Positions 29,609 through 40,308 of a stretch of DNA of 64,000 nucleotides are shown here, in pieces. Source of the DNA: an uncultured cyanobacterium (lineage in GTDB: Bacteria; Cyanobacteriota; Cyanobacteriia; Leptolyngbyales; Leptolyngbyaceae); NCBI GenBank assembly GCA_963766075.1, contig CAVYAN010000013.1, positions 1 to 64,000 on the forward strand, written 5' to 3'. A program made the translations under genes and the position numbers. The notes below the pieces were generated by a model. That model saw only the letters and a list, made by a program, of their open reading frames with translations. It was not told the DNA's origin and did not search any database. Position 1 is the stretch's first letter, and every line of letters starts with the position of its first letter.

Positions 29609-30256
29609 ATGATTCGGATTTTATTAGTGGACGATCAGCATATTATCCGCCAGGGGCTTAAAACCATGCTGGAGTCGAATACTGACATGCATGTGGTGGG
29701 AGAAGCGGAGAATGGGCAACGGGCGCTGGAACAAATCCAAGTACTCCAGCCTGATCTGGTATTGATGGATATTCGGATGCCGATTATGGATGGTGTGGCG
29801 GCAACTCGGGAGATCCTTCACCAGTACCCCACCACAAAGGTCTTGGTCCTGACCACCTTTGATGATGATGAGTACGTTTCGCAAGCCATGCGATTGGGGG
29901 CCAAGGGCTACTTGCTCAAAGATACGGAACCGGATGAGCTGGCCTTAGCCATCCGCTCTGTACATAAAGGCCATACGCAACTCGGGCCTGGGCTATTTGA
30001 AAAAGCCCTTTTGCCCGGTGCTGTGCCCACGCCTCTGGTAGAACTACCGCCAGAATTCGCGCAATTGACCCCCCGCGAGCTGGATGTATTGCGGCTGTTG
30101 GCGGCTGGGGCCAATAATCGTGAGATTGCAGAAGCACTGTTTCTGTCGGAAAATACCGTGAAAAACTACATGACCAATATTCTGAGTCGCTTAAACGTGC
30201 GCGATCGCACCCAGGCCGCCTTATTAGCGCATTCCCTGTTTCAACAAACGCCGTAA
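29609..30256 (+). CDS. NarL/LuxR-family response regulator
   Basis: Receiver LVDD..LMDIRMP..LTTF..GYLLKD and LuxR HTH LTPRELDVLRLLAAGANNREIA. Confidence 0.95.
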   Translation: MIRILLVDDQHIIRQGLKTMLESNTDMHVVGEAENGQRALEQIQVLQPDLVLMDIRMPIMDGVAATREILHQYPTTKVLVLTTFDDDEYVSQAMRLGAKGYLLKDTEPDELALAIRSVHKGHTQLGPGLFEKALLPGAVPTPLVELPPEFAQLTPRELDVLRLLAAGANNREIAEALFLSENTVKNYMTNILSRLNVRDRTQAALLAHSLFQQTP

Positions 30257-30280
30257 ATGTCGGCGGAAAGCCCCGGGTGG

Positions 30281-31594
30281 CTAGTCGGCGGGCAAACGAC
30301 TGGCCCAGGGTTCTAGCGCTCGTTGGATGGTATGCAAGACCTGCTGAAAAGTCCGAATTTGGTCATGTTCTGGCCCCCAGATTTGCACCCCGATCGCGAT
30401 CGCTTCGGTAACCGCTGTAAGGGCTGCTTGATACTGTCGGCAAGCGTAGAATAACCCCGTCAAATCCTGTAACCCGAGGGCTACCGTAGCATCCGTATTG
30501 CCCCGAAAGGCCCGATTTAAACGCAGAGCCTCTTTGTAGAGAGGTTCGGCGCGATCATACTGTCCCAGAGCAACATACAAACCGGCCAGGTCACTCAGAC
30601 TGTGGGCCCGATCGGGATGGGGAGTGTCCAGTCGTTGGGCGCGCAGGTTCAGGGCTTGCCGATAGGCCGCTTCCGCCTCTGCATAGCGCCCCTCAGTTTT
30701 GTACAGATCGGCTAAATGGCTAATGCTGGTTGCTAAATCAGCATGACGATCGGCACCCAGCGATCGCCCCGCCAGAATCGCTTGGTCAAACAGCAGATGC
30801 GCTGCACTATGCTTTCCTTGACGGTGATAAAGACGGGCTAAATGGGTTAAATTGTGAATCCGAGCCGGATGGGCCGTGGGGATATCCATCACCCCTTGAT
30901 GCTCTAAGCCCCGTTGATACCATTGTTCGGCTGAACTCAGGTGCTGCTGCGCCTGGGCAACATTCCCCAGGGCTACACAGCACCATCGGTAATTTTCAGG
31001 GGATGCAGTCCCTGAAGCCACCACCGCTGCCATCTGCGGCACTAGGTACTGGGCTTCTTCAGACATGGGCCAGTCCGACGGTGCGCGGACAACCTGTTGT
31101 GCCGCTTGGGCGATCGCCCCAAATACGGCCCCAAATACGGCTTGTTGCAGCCGCCCCGCTGGCATCGCCTGTGCCCCCTTAGCCCGGAGCCATACACGCA
31201 TTTCCGTGTCCAGGCTGTAGCACCCCTGGTCTGTTAACTGCACCACACCGTGTTCATACAGGCAAAGGCGAGCATCTTCTGTGGTGGCAGCATCCCAGCC
31301 CAGGGACTGACTAGCATATTCCACCCAATCCCATACCACCGGAGCCGGATCAAAGATACTGATTACCACAGCCACCTCTGCTAGGGCTGGACTCCAGGTT
31401 TGCCAGTGGGCTTCCAGGCAGAAACCCGATGCGGACATTCTTCCGGCATCGGCGCTGACGACCCCAGGCGGCCCGGAGGCGGCAACCTGCGATCGCGGGC
31501 CTGAGTATTGCCCTGCATCTTGGGGCGATCGACATGGGTCCCGACGCCCCCATTGGGAGGTATCAACGGTTCGCGATTCATCAAATCCCGGCAT
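30281..31594 (-). CDS. Tetratricopeptide-repeat protein (kinesin-light-chain-type TPRs); start uncertain
   Basis: Repeats such as ATSISHLADLYKTEGRYAEAE and AHSLSDLAGLYVALGQYDRAEPLY. Confidence 0.8.
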   Translation of the reverse strand: MPGFDESRTVDTSQWGRRDPCRSPQDAGQYSGPRSQVAASGPPGVVSADAGRMSASGFCLEAHWQTWSPALAEVAVVISIFDPAPVVWDWVEYASQSLGWDAATTEDARLCLYEHGVVQLTDQGCYSLDTEMRVWLRAKGAQAMPAGRLQQAVFGAVFGAIAQAAQQVVRAPSDWPMSEEAQYLVPQMAAVVASGTASPENYRWCCVALGNVAQAQQHLSSAEQWYQRGLEHQGVMDIPTAHPARIHNLTHLARLYHRQGKHSAAHLLFDQAILAGRSLGADRHADLATSISHLADLYKTEGRYAEAEAAYRQALNLRAQRLDTPHPDRAHSLSDLAGLYVALGQYDRAEPLYKEALRLNRAFRGNTDATVALGLQDLTGLFYACRQYQAALTAVTEAIAIGVQIWGPEHDQIRTFQQVLHTIQRALEPWASRLPAD

Positions 31595-32282
31595 AGCGGA
31601 CACACTCCAGTAGAAATAACATTTCCGGATGTTGGGGATGCAGCCTGTTACCGTTAAATGCACTAAAATCGGCCAAGGGCGAACGCGTAACACCAGACTA
31701 TTCAATACTGCCGGATTTTGGATTGGCAAGAGTGAGGTGCTACAGACCCTCCACCCTCCCGCCATCCCCTCCCTGCTATACCGTCTTGGCCGAGGAGTGC
31801 CGGACTGACGCAGTAAACTCTGTAAACTACTGATGTGCCAATTTTCTAACTGCACCAGTCGCTATAGTAGGCCGATGCCCCTATGCCTGTCTCAGTAAAT
31901 CCACGCCCTTAACCATTTCTTTACTCAAACGGGACGCGATGGAGTCCGTATAAATTCTGAGGCTGAAATTACGGATACAGTCATAGCACCCGCTAATGCA
32001 CTTCTGACCTGTGCCCCGTCGTTTGCTGTTGCTGGGCACAAAATTTTTCACAGCATTTTCATGATGCTTACCGCCAAACAGGCCGGGGTGCTTAAAGTAA
32101 TGCTGCTTAAAAAGGACATCCTGTGCCAATTTTTGATCTGAACATGGGCCATTAGGCCACGCTTTTACGGAAACCTAAAGAAGGGTGTAGGGTTAATCTG
32201 GCGGGATCAAGAATATCTGCGCTACTAACCCCTTTGGGCTACCCCCTGAGATCCACCCCGATCCACCCCATAGACTGGAGTT

Positions 32283-34139
32283 ATGACAGCGAAAATTGCG
32301 GTTTTACCGGATGAGGTTGTGCATCTCATGGCAGCGGGAGAAGTCGTAGATTCCCCCGCTGCTGTGGTGCGGGAATTGGTGGAAAATGCCTTGGATGCTG
32401 GAGCCACGCGGGTAATCATTGCGGTGTGTGCGGAGCAATGGTGGATTCGGGTGGCCGATAACGGGATGGGCATGGGTCCGGCAGACTTACAGGCGGCGGC
32501 GACCCCCCACAGCACCAGCAAAATTCGCCACAGTGATGATCTTCAGCAGATCCAAAGTTTGGGCTTTCGGGGTGAAGCCCTGCACAGTCTGGCCCAGTTA
32601 TCGACCTTGGAGATTGCCAGCCGTCCCCAAGATCGCAATCTGGGCCGTAATCTAGACTGCAATCTAGACCGCAATATGGGCTGGCAAGGGCGCTACGACG
32701 CCCAAGGTACCTGCGTTGACTTACATCCAGTGGCGATCGCGCCAGGGACCATCGTTACCGTCCATAACCTGTTTGGCTCCTGGCCTGCCCGCCGTCAGGC
32801 CCTGCCCCTCGCCCAACAATTGCGGACCCTGCAGCACACCATTTACCACTCGGCCCTTTGTCATCCCCAGGTAACCTGGCAAGTCCAGCAGGTCGAGTCG
32901 CGCAATGGCACCCTCCAGGAACGCCCCTGGTTCAATATTGGTTCCGGTCAGACGGCACAGCAAATCCTGCCTCAGATTGTGCGCGGTGTGCTAAACAGCG
33001 ATTTACAGGAATGGAGCACGGTACCGAGGACTACGCCAACGGGTGTTGCACCCACCGCGTTATCCGGAGCAGGAGCCGGGGGCAAACCATCGCTCTACCT
33101 ACTCCTGGGCTTGCCCGATCGTTGCCACCGCCGCCGGCCTGACTGGATCAAAGTGGCCATCAACGGACGCTGCGTCCATTTGCCCGAGCTTGAGCAAATA
33201 ATTTTGGCAGGGTTTCGGCGCACTTTACCGCGCGATCGCTTCCCCCTGTGTTTCATCCATCTACAGGCACCCCCGGCGCAAATTGACTGGAATCGTCACC
33301 CGGCCAAGTCAGAAATCTATCTACAGAATCTGGACTTCTGGCGGAGCCAAGTCACCGAGGCAATCCATGGCGCGTTGAGCCAGCATCCCAGCCAACTGCC
33401 TGAGGCCCTCTATTCCAGCCGCATGAGCACCCTGATCAAAGCCGCTGAGGCGGACAGCGGCTACAATACAGCCCGCACGATTTCCGTGCCGGAAAGTGAT
33501 GGCCTTGCGTCTACCACTCCGCCGTCGCCATCCTCAGACAGCGGTAGCCCAACCCTAAATCCTGCGTCCAGTCTTTCCCCGCATCAAGAGTCCTGGCAGC
33601 GGCTCACGGCGATCGCCCAGGTGCGTAACACATACATTCTGGCGGAAACCGCCAGTGGTGTTTGTCTGATCGAGCAACACATTGCCCACGAACGGGTGCT
33701 CTACGAGCAGTTGTGCGATCGCTGGGCGCTGGTCTCCTTGGCGATGCCAATCACCCTAAATCACCTCACCGAAGCCCAGGTAGAACAATTGCAACGGCTG
33801 GGCCTGGAGGTGGCACCCTTTGGGGAAGCTGTGTGGGTGGTGCGATCAGCACCCGCGCCCCTCGCCGATCGCAGCGATTGTACCGAGGCTATCCGTGAAC
33901 TCAGTCAAGGGGGCGATTTGCAGACGGCGCAGGTCGCGATCGCCTGTCGCACGGCAATTCGGAATGGCACCCCCCTGTCTCAGGTAGAAATGCAGGCGCT
34001 GCTGGATCAGTGGCAACGCACCCGGAATCCCCGTACCTGCCCCCATGGTCGCCCGATTTGTCTCACGTTAGAAGAATCGTCTCTTTCGCGGTTTTTTCGC
34101 CGCCATTGGGTCATTGGCAAGAGCCATGGCATTCAATGA
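32283..34139 (+). CDS. mutL: DNA mismatch repair endonuclease MutL
   Basis: AAGEVV, ELVENALDAGA, TSK, LGFRGEAL, EQHIAHER, ACR and CPHGRP motifs. Confidence 0.95.
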   Translation: MTAKIAVLPDEVVHLMAAGEVVDSPAAVVRELVENALDAGATRVIIAVCAEQWWIRVADNGMGMGPADLQAAATPHSTSKIRHSDDLQQIQSLGFRGEALHSLAQLSTLEIASRPQDRNLGRNLDCNLDRNMGWQGRYDAQGTCVDLHPVAIAPGTIVTVHNLFGSWPARRQALPLAQQLRTLQHTIYHSALCHPQVTWQVQQVESRNGTLQERPWFNIGSGQTAQQILPQIVRGVLNSDLQEWSTVPRTTPTGVAPTALSGAGAGGKPSLYLLLGLPDRCHRRRPDWIKVAINGRCVHLPELEQIILAGFRRTLPRDRFPLCFIHLQAPPAQIDWNRHPAKSEIYLQNLDFWRSQVTEAIHGALSQHPSQLPEALYSSRMSTLIKAAEADSGYNTARTISVPESDGLASTTPPSPSSDSGSPTLNPASSLSPHQESWQRLTAIAQVRNTYILAETASGVCLIEQHIAHERVLYEQLCDRWALVSLAMPITLNHLTEAQVEQLQRLGLEVAPFGEAVWVVRSAPAPLADRSDCTEAIRELSQGGDLQTAQVAIACRTAIRNGTPLSQVEMQALLDQWQRTRNPRTCPHGRPICLTLEESSLSRFFRRHWVIGKSHGIQ

Positions 34140-34261
34140 TGGAATTCAGGGGGGAATTTAGTGGTAGTCTCACCGTAAATCTGACAAGCGGCTATTGCTT
34201 TGCTCCTAGTCAAGATTGTTTCGTCTCCATTCAGGAACATTTCCATTCAGGAACATTGTTG

Positions 34262-35500
34262 ATGCCAACTTTGACAATCCCCCCAATTCAGACGCGATGG
34301 CGGATTCCCGTGGTCCTCGCCATCACTATTTTCATTAACTATTTGGACCGGAACAACCTCGCCTTGGCACTGCCTCGCCTTGCGCAAGATTTTCACTGGA
34401 GCGATCGCGAAGTGGGAGCCAATGGTGAATTGTTGTTAGCAGCCTTCTACGTATCCTATGCGTTGTCTAACATGCTATTGAGTCCCATGGCTGAGCGGTT
34501 TGGCCCCAAACGGAGTGTCATGGCGGCCATTGGGGCTTTCTCCCTCGTAACGATTTTGAGTGCGATTTTGGGATATTCCTTGACGATCCTGATGGTTCTG
34601 CGGCTGCTGCTGGGACTGGGAGAAGGGGTCCATATTCCAATGTCGAGTGCCATTACTAGCCGTTGGTTTTCGCCCAGGGAGCGATCGCGGGCGAATGCAA
34701 TCTGGGGCAGTGGTATGTTACTGGCGACGGCGATCGCGCCGCTGATAATTGTGCCGCTGATTCAGCTTTGGGGGTGGCGTCCGACCTTTGCCGGGTTGGG
34801 ACTGGGGGGCATGCTGCTGTCGCTTCCCTTGGTCTATAGTTTGGTGCAAGATGGGCCACCTCACCCCCGTCGGCCCGATCCGGCTGCCGCGGCGGCGGCC
34901 GCTGCACCGGGAACAAAGTCGGGGGACGCGTATCGTCGGGATTACCGATTCTGGCTGATGGTAGCGGGCGGCTGCCTCAATGCTTTCTGTGCGTTTGGTC
35001 TGCTGAATTGGTTGCCGACCTACTTTAATCGGGCTAAGGGCATTGATTTTGAACAGTTGGGCTGGCCCCTTGCCCTGGTGTTTGCCGCTGGCATTGCAGG
35101 TATGGCGCTGATGGCGTATTTAGGAGACAAGCTGCAACGGAGAACGCAGATTGCCGGGGTTGGGTTCCTTGTGGCGGGTGGCATGATCGGTATTGCTGCC
35201 ATGACAACGCAGGTGGAACTTTTGGTGCTATTTTTTGCGATCGCAGTCTTCTGTCAAAGTGCCTATGGGGCTCAAGAATACGCCATCGTTCAACGCATTT
35301 TGCCTGTGGATCGAATCGGTGCAGGCACAGGACTGTATAACGGATTAGCCGTGTTATTAGGTGGAGTTGGCGGCTCCCTGATTCCCGGTTCCATTGTGGC
35401 TGTAACGGGCAGCTTTGATGCTGCGATCCTGAGCATTATGGTCGGGGCATGGCTCGCATCCGGCGTGATGTTTGTCCTAGCGCGGCTAATGCGATATTGA
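34262..35500 (+). CDS. MFS transporter (anion:cation symporter-like)
   Basis: INYLDRNNL, ERFGPKR, RLLLGLGEG and WLPTYF motifs; about 12 TM. Start placed at MPTL. Confidence 0.88.
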   Translation: MPTLTIPPIQTRWRIPVVLAITIFINYLDRNNLALALPRLAQDFHWSDREVGANGELLLAAFYVSYALSNMLLSPMAERFGPKRSVMAAIGAFSLVTILSAILGYSLTILMVLRLLLGLGEGVHIPMSSAITSRWFSPRERSRANAIWGSGMLLATAIAPLIIVPLIQLWGWRPTFAGLGLGGMLLSLPLVYSLVQDGPPHPRRPDPAAAAAAAAPGTKSGDAYRRDYRFWLMVAGGCLNAFCAFGLLNWLPTYFNRAKGIDFEQLGWPLALVFAAGIAGMALMAYLGDKLQRRTQIAGVGFLVAGGMIGIAAMTTQVELLVLFFAIAVFCQSAYGAQEYAIVQRILPVDRIGAGTGLYNGLAVLLGGVGGSLIPGSIVAVTGSFDAAILSIMVGAWLASGVMFVLARLMRY

Positions 35501-35874
35501 CGAATGTAATCGTGCGGCCTCAGGTTAAGACTATATTAATAATCAGTATACTCATTTCAGTGAGTAGTCGGGGGTAGAATGATAATGCCCATATCCTTAT
35601 GGATGAGTTCTGGAATACGAATGCAGTTGTGACTAAATCGACAATAAAATCGATTGCGCGATCGCTACCCCAAACTCAACGAGACACGAAAATAGGGATC
35701 AAACCAATATTAACGTAACTCATTTTGGTGCTTACTCATCAATCAAACAGGCGACACTTTGACCTTGGTGACGCACCCATGACATTGGCAAAGGGGAATG
35801 CCCCGCAAAGTCAACCTTGCAGTAGGAAGCGCGATCGTGGTTACGTTAAGCGAAGAGTCAGGCGCGATTAGATT

Positions 35875-36288
35875 TCAATTGGATTTCAGATGTAGTGACT
35901 GACAGTTCTGCGCTTGGAGTGCGTGCAATGTGGCCAGAGCCGTTTCTCCAGACTCTACAGGTACAAAGATGTGATCGTGAAACGCACCAGCCAAGACGTT
36001 GCAACTGATACCCGCCTGACTCAACGCCGTCGAAAATGCTGCCGTTAACCCCACGGCGTGCAGGTCGGAGTGCACAGTCAGAGTGATCCATACAGCGCGA
36101 AACAACACCTGAAGGTTTGCCCTGCATGCATGATCCTCCTCAACGACGACCGTAAGCCCCTCGGGCTCACGAATTGTGGCAATGGGTTCAAGTGAACTAA
36201 CATCCACACTCAATGGCACCGAGGCAAAAACATACACGCCCGCATTCTTGACGGGTTCCATGGCGCAAAGTAGGTCTGACAGGTTCAT
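35875..36288 (-). CDS. ACT-domain protein (DUF2241/ACT_7 type)
   Basis: REPEGLTVV, ITLTVHSDLHAVGLTAA and AGISCNVLAGAFHDHIFVP motifs. Confidence 0.85.
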   Translation of the reverse strand: MNLSDLLCAMEPVKNAGVYVFASVPLSVDVSSLEPIATIREPEGLTVVVEEDHACRANLQVLFRAVWITLTVHSDLHAVGLTAAFSTALSQAGISCNVLAGAFHDHIFVPVESGETALATLHALQAQNCQSLHLKSN

Positions 36289-36642
36289 TCGCTAGGACTC
36301 ACGCTACGAGGCAGAAAAATCGGGCGGATAAAAATCGGGCGTTGATCACAGGTATCAAATCTTTCTCTAGGCGCTGGGGACTCAATCATGGCACTCCATA
36401 ACGGAGCGCCACGGCGGCATTCCATCATAATGTCACCAACCGTTATTGCATTGATTTCTTGATCAGATAAAGACCCTGCCAACGCAACACGGTTTGGACT
36501 TCCGTCTTAAAAAATACAAAATACCTAGCATTTTTAGTATACGGTATACCGAAATCCATCTATGCAATTGCTCTGACTCCAGCAGCTTTAGCCGCCAGAT
36601 GCAGACGAAGGATATGCAAAATCGCCAAATTTAGGAGTCCCA

Positions 36643-38100
36643 ATGGCACACGCTGAAACCCATACAGCAGACACAGGCGAAACCAACTTTCGCTCTAGAC
36701 TGCTTTATAGCCTGAATGATAAACCCCCGATCAAGGATTCGCTATTTGTTGCACTGCAGCATGTCTGTGCAATTTTTATTCCTGTTGTCACACCCGGATT
36801 AATTATTACTGGAGCATTGGGCCTTGATCCCAACAAGGCCGCCTATATTTTAGGCATGTCACTGTTTGTTTCAGGTATAGGCACCTTTATCCAGGTTCAT
36901 CGGTTAGGCCCCGTCGGTTCAGGGCTTTTGGCGGTTCAAGGCACCAGTTTTGCCTTTGTAACTCCCATTCTGGCCGTAGTAACGGCATCCCTCCAATCGA
37001 ATAAAACGCCGGAGGAAACCCTGTCATTAATTATGGGATTGTGCTTTTTCGGTTCTTTTATCCCCATCATCCTCAGCCGCTTTTTGCATCTCACCCGCAA
37101 GATTTTTACGCCACTGGTCACGGGAACTGCTGTAACGTTAATCGGTCTGTGCTTGATTAAAGTGGGCATGTTCTACATGGCGGGCGGCGGTAAAGGTAAG
37201 GCGATCGCTGCGAAGTTGCCGGATAGTCCGCAGGCATTCGGCAGTTTACAGAACTGGGCCTTAGCATTGACAGTTTTTGCGATTGTCGGTGTGTGCAGTG
37301 CTAGTCCTAATCGCTATCTACGCATGGGCTCTGTAATCATCGGTTTGGTTGTGGGCTTCATCGCCTCCATGTTTTTGGGCATTACCGATTTCAGTAAAAT
37401 GTCAACGTTGCCCCTGATTAATGTTCCCATGCCATTCCGCTTTGGTCTCAGCTTTGACCTGGTTACCTTTATTGGTTTTGCTGTCATTTATATCACGCTC
37501 ACCCTAGAGGTGTTGGGTGATATTACCGCCACATCAATGGTGTCCGGTGAACCGATTGTGGGTGGTACCTACATGCGCCGACTCAAGGGGGGAATCCTAG
37601 GGGATGGGACCAATTCACTCATTGCCTCCATTCTGGGCTCATTCCCGATCGTCACCCCTGCTCAAAATAACGGCATTATCCAGCTTACAGGTGTAGGCAG
37701 TCGGTATGTTGGGTATTACATCGCTGGCATTCTGACCTTCTTAGGTTTGTTTCCAATTGTGAGCGGTGTGTTGCTCGCCATCCCCACAGCTGTGTTTGGC
37801 GGAGCGGTAATGCTCATGTTTGGCACCGTGGCAGTGGCGGGATTTAACATCCTGCGCGAGGTCGAAATGGACAATCGATCCTTTGTCATCCTGGCCATAT
37901 CCCTGGCCGCAGGGCTGGGTGTAACATTTCTTCCAGAGGCGCTTGAACATTTCCCCAGTGCCTTAAGAAGCATTTTGGAGTCTGGCATTGCCACTGGTTC
38001 GATTTGCGCGTTGGTCCTGAACATTGTTGTTCCTACTGCCTCAAAACCGGTAACGGAACCGGCAATGGAAGCAGTCACAGTTTCGACGCACGGAGAATAG
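36643..38100 (+). CDS. Nucleobase:cation symporter-2 (NCS2/NAT), xanthine-type permease
   Basis: TM1 ALQH, GTSFAFV and NAT signature QNNGIIQLTGVGSR (XanP/XanQ-like). AGGAG RBS upstream. Confidence 0.9.
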   Translation: MAHAETHTADTGETNFRSRLLYSLNDKPPIKDSLFVALQHVCAIFIPVVTPGLIITGALGLDPNKAAYILGMSLFVSGIGTFIQVHRLGPVGSGLLAVQGTSFAFVTPILAVVTASLQSNKTPEETLSLIMGLCFFGSFIPIILSRFLHLTRKIFTPLVTGTAVTLIGLCLIKVGMFYMAGGGKGKAIAAKLPDSPQAFGSLQNWALALTVFAIVGVCSASPNRYLRMGSVIIGLVVGFIASMFLGITDFSKMSTLPLINVPMPFRFGLSFDLVTFIGFAVIYITLTLEVLGDITATSMVSGEPIVGGTYMRRLKGGILGDGTNSLIASILGSFPIVTPAQNNGIIQLTGVGSRYVGYYIAGILTFLGLFPIVSGVLLAIPTAVFGGAVMLMFGTVAVAGFNILREVEMDNRSFVILAISLAAGLGVTFLPEALEHFPSALRSILESGIATGSICALVLNIVVPTASKPVTEPAMEAVTVSTHGE

Positions 38101-38265
38101 GGGCGGTTAGAGAGATTTATTATTAGGTCTCTTCTAAACAGTTTTTTAGAAAATGCGGGACAGGCTACTTTGGCCTGTCCCACTAGCAGAAGCTGTTCAG
38201 TAGCTTCTGCTTTGCAATTTTTGAGGGATAGCCGAGGAAAGCATTTTGGCAGAGGTCCTGACGCC

Positions 38266-38853
38266 TTAATTCGAGACTTCGGCCATTTCAATGACGTTGC
38301 CGTCAAAATCCTTGATCAAAAAATTGAGGGGCTTATCCTGACGGATCTTATGTTTGATCTGGCGCATCTGCACCCGCAGCAGCACTTGCTCCATGCAGTC
38401 GCGATCGAAACAAACATGGCGCTGGCGATTTTTTTCCCCAAGGTTTGCACCCTTTACCACATGGAGTTGCGTATTTTTGCGCAGTTGATACCACAAGCCA
38501 GCGGGCTCTTCATTGGGCGAGCGGGTTCCAACCCGTCCTAGGCTAGACGACATATACATGGGATCCACCGCCGCCATGCCTAGGGTTTGCTCGTAGTTAT
38601 AGTAGTAGTGTAAAGGCACCTCAGCGGCAGGCAGTTCCAGCATCCCTTCGTACAGATTCCGGGCCAAGTCTAGATCGGACACCATCATGGTGTACACCTT
38701 GGGGGCACTGGTCAGGAACATCCACATGGCCCCGGCATAGGCGGCTAGGAGCATCACCATAATACCCTGAGTAGAAAATATGCCTTCCAATCCCGGTAGT
38801 GAACTAATCAGCCAAGGGGAAAGGGTTGCCAATAGGGGAGTGTCCAAGATCAT
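38266..38853 (-). CDS. Cyanobacterial glyoxalase/VOC-like protein with an N-terminal TM
   Basis: VSDLDLARNLYEGML, RHVCFD and KDFDGNVIEMAE (VOC-fold pattern). Confidence 0.75.
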   Translation of the reverse strand: MILDTPLLATLSPWLISSLPGLEGIFSTQGIMVMLLAAYAGAMWMFLTSAPKVYTMMVSDLDLARNLYEGMLELPAAEVPLHYYYNYEQTLGMAAVDPMYMSSSLGRVGTRSPNEEPAGLWYQLRKNTQLHVVKGANLGEKNRQRHVCFDRDCMEQVLLRVQMRQIKHKIRQDKPLNFLIKDFDGNVIEMAEVSN

Positions 38854-39240
38854 GTCGGGATTTTTTCAGATTTTTAAAATTTAGAGCCACTGGAACTAGG
38901 GCAGGCCGAAATAGCCGAACTAGTGCGCTACTACCATTCTACAAGCTGGATTTGCCCCGTTGTGCACCTTATTCAAATCGTCATGGTCATCACGGCCCTA
39001 TTGCCCTGACCATTACAGCCTCATTACAAAGCGGTTAGTATTTTCGCTGTTTGCTGGCTAGGAGATTTCTCCCCAACACACTACCCGCTGGCTATCCTGT
39101 GGGTGCGATCGCTGCATCCGTTTCCTAATGCTGCCAGCCATCTGCTCCCAATGAATCAATAGAACCTGCTTGCTGTCACAGCAGATGACACATGTAATTG
39201 CCGCAAACAACGATGTCCCTGATCCCAGTTTAATCCCAGT

Positions 39241-39630
39241 TTAGATATGGTCCAATAGCTGGCGGCGCTTCTGTTCAAATTCATACTCGGAAATTAAACC
39301 ATCGGTGCGGAGTTGGTCGAGTTGCCGTACCGCTTCGGCGATCGCCCCCACCTGTTGCGGATCCACTGCATTCGTTGGTCTACTCACCTTTCCCGAAAAC
39401 GGCAACCCGCTGTTAAATTTTTGGTGGAACTCTTCCGAGTCCTGGGACAAATACCACACTGCTTCCAAGGCGCTGGCCACACGGGGAATCGGCGTAAACG
39501 ACATCAGGCAATAGAGCACTCCCCACACGGGCTGTCCCATGTAGAACTTATGCCAACCGGCGATCGGAGCCACCGCTCCCGCCAGCGCCAAAACCACCGC
39601 AACTCGCTTATCCTTGGGCTTACTCAGCAT
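39241..39630 (-). CDS. TM2/NINE-domain protein with a C-terminal SHOCT domain
   Basis: KDKRVAVVLAL..GWHKFYMG and LDQLRTDGLISEYEFEQKRRQLL. Confidence 0.85.
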   Translation of the reverse strand: MLSKPKDKRVAVVLALAGAVAPIAGWHKFYMGQPVWGVLYCLMSFTPIPRVASALEAVWYLSQDSEEFHQKFNSGLPFSGKVSRPTNAVDPQQVGAIAEAVRQLDQLRTDGLISEYEFEQKRRQLLDHI

Positions 39631-40224
39631 CTATTCCCTAGGCTCCTCTTCTCTAGCACCCCAGGGACTACAGAGCAGAACTGAAAGAAAGATACGCTCT
39701 CCTTATCCTGCCCGTATCATCCCCCAAAAGCATCCAACCTGATACCGCCGACCCCTCGTTCTAATACGACTGAGGGTCTAGTACCATTAGACCACTCTTT
39801 TCATGATAGTGACTCCGACAATCCATCGGGCAAAAGGCGGGGCTGTGGGAATAATGACGGTGAGAATCTGGCCCCTTTCGTTGTAAGCTCCCCAAGGAGC
39901 GTTTACTAACCCCCATTTACCCCCAAAAAGAATCGACCGAATTTCTGAGGCAGTGCCATCGCCCAATCACCGCCCTCGCTGCAAACCTTGCCTACGAGTT
40001 TACAGAGATGCTTCAGGAACAGCCATCGGCAGAAAACTGGCACGAGACCTGCAGCGCGATCTCGGCTTTTTAGGCATTGCTCCGCGCAGACAAGCTGTTC
40101 TGGGTGTTTCAAATCTGGAATTCAGCTAGTTCTCCTCCTCGAAAAAGCCTTCTTAGCTCAACAACCCATGGCAAGAACATTGAGACAAATCCGTGCGCAG
40201 GCTCGATAGACTGGAGTAATATAA

Positions 40225-40256
40225 ATCTACGGTAAATCTACCGTGATTTAGTATTT
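40225..40256. promoter_or_regulatory. Putative sulfur-regulon box 1, upstream of cysK
   Basis: ATCTACGGTAAATCTACCGTGATTTAGTATTT (TAC-N20-GTA). Confidence 0.7.
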
Positions 40257-40308
40257 TTCATCGATATTTTATCGTCGAGCAGCGTTTTGATCAGGAGGTC
40301 AGGGTTGG

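Noticed and set aside
36537..36550. NtcA box upstream of the NCS2 permease
   Set aside because: The spacing is GTA-N7-TAC, not GTA-N8-TAC.
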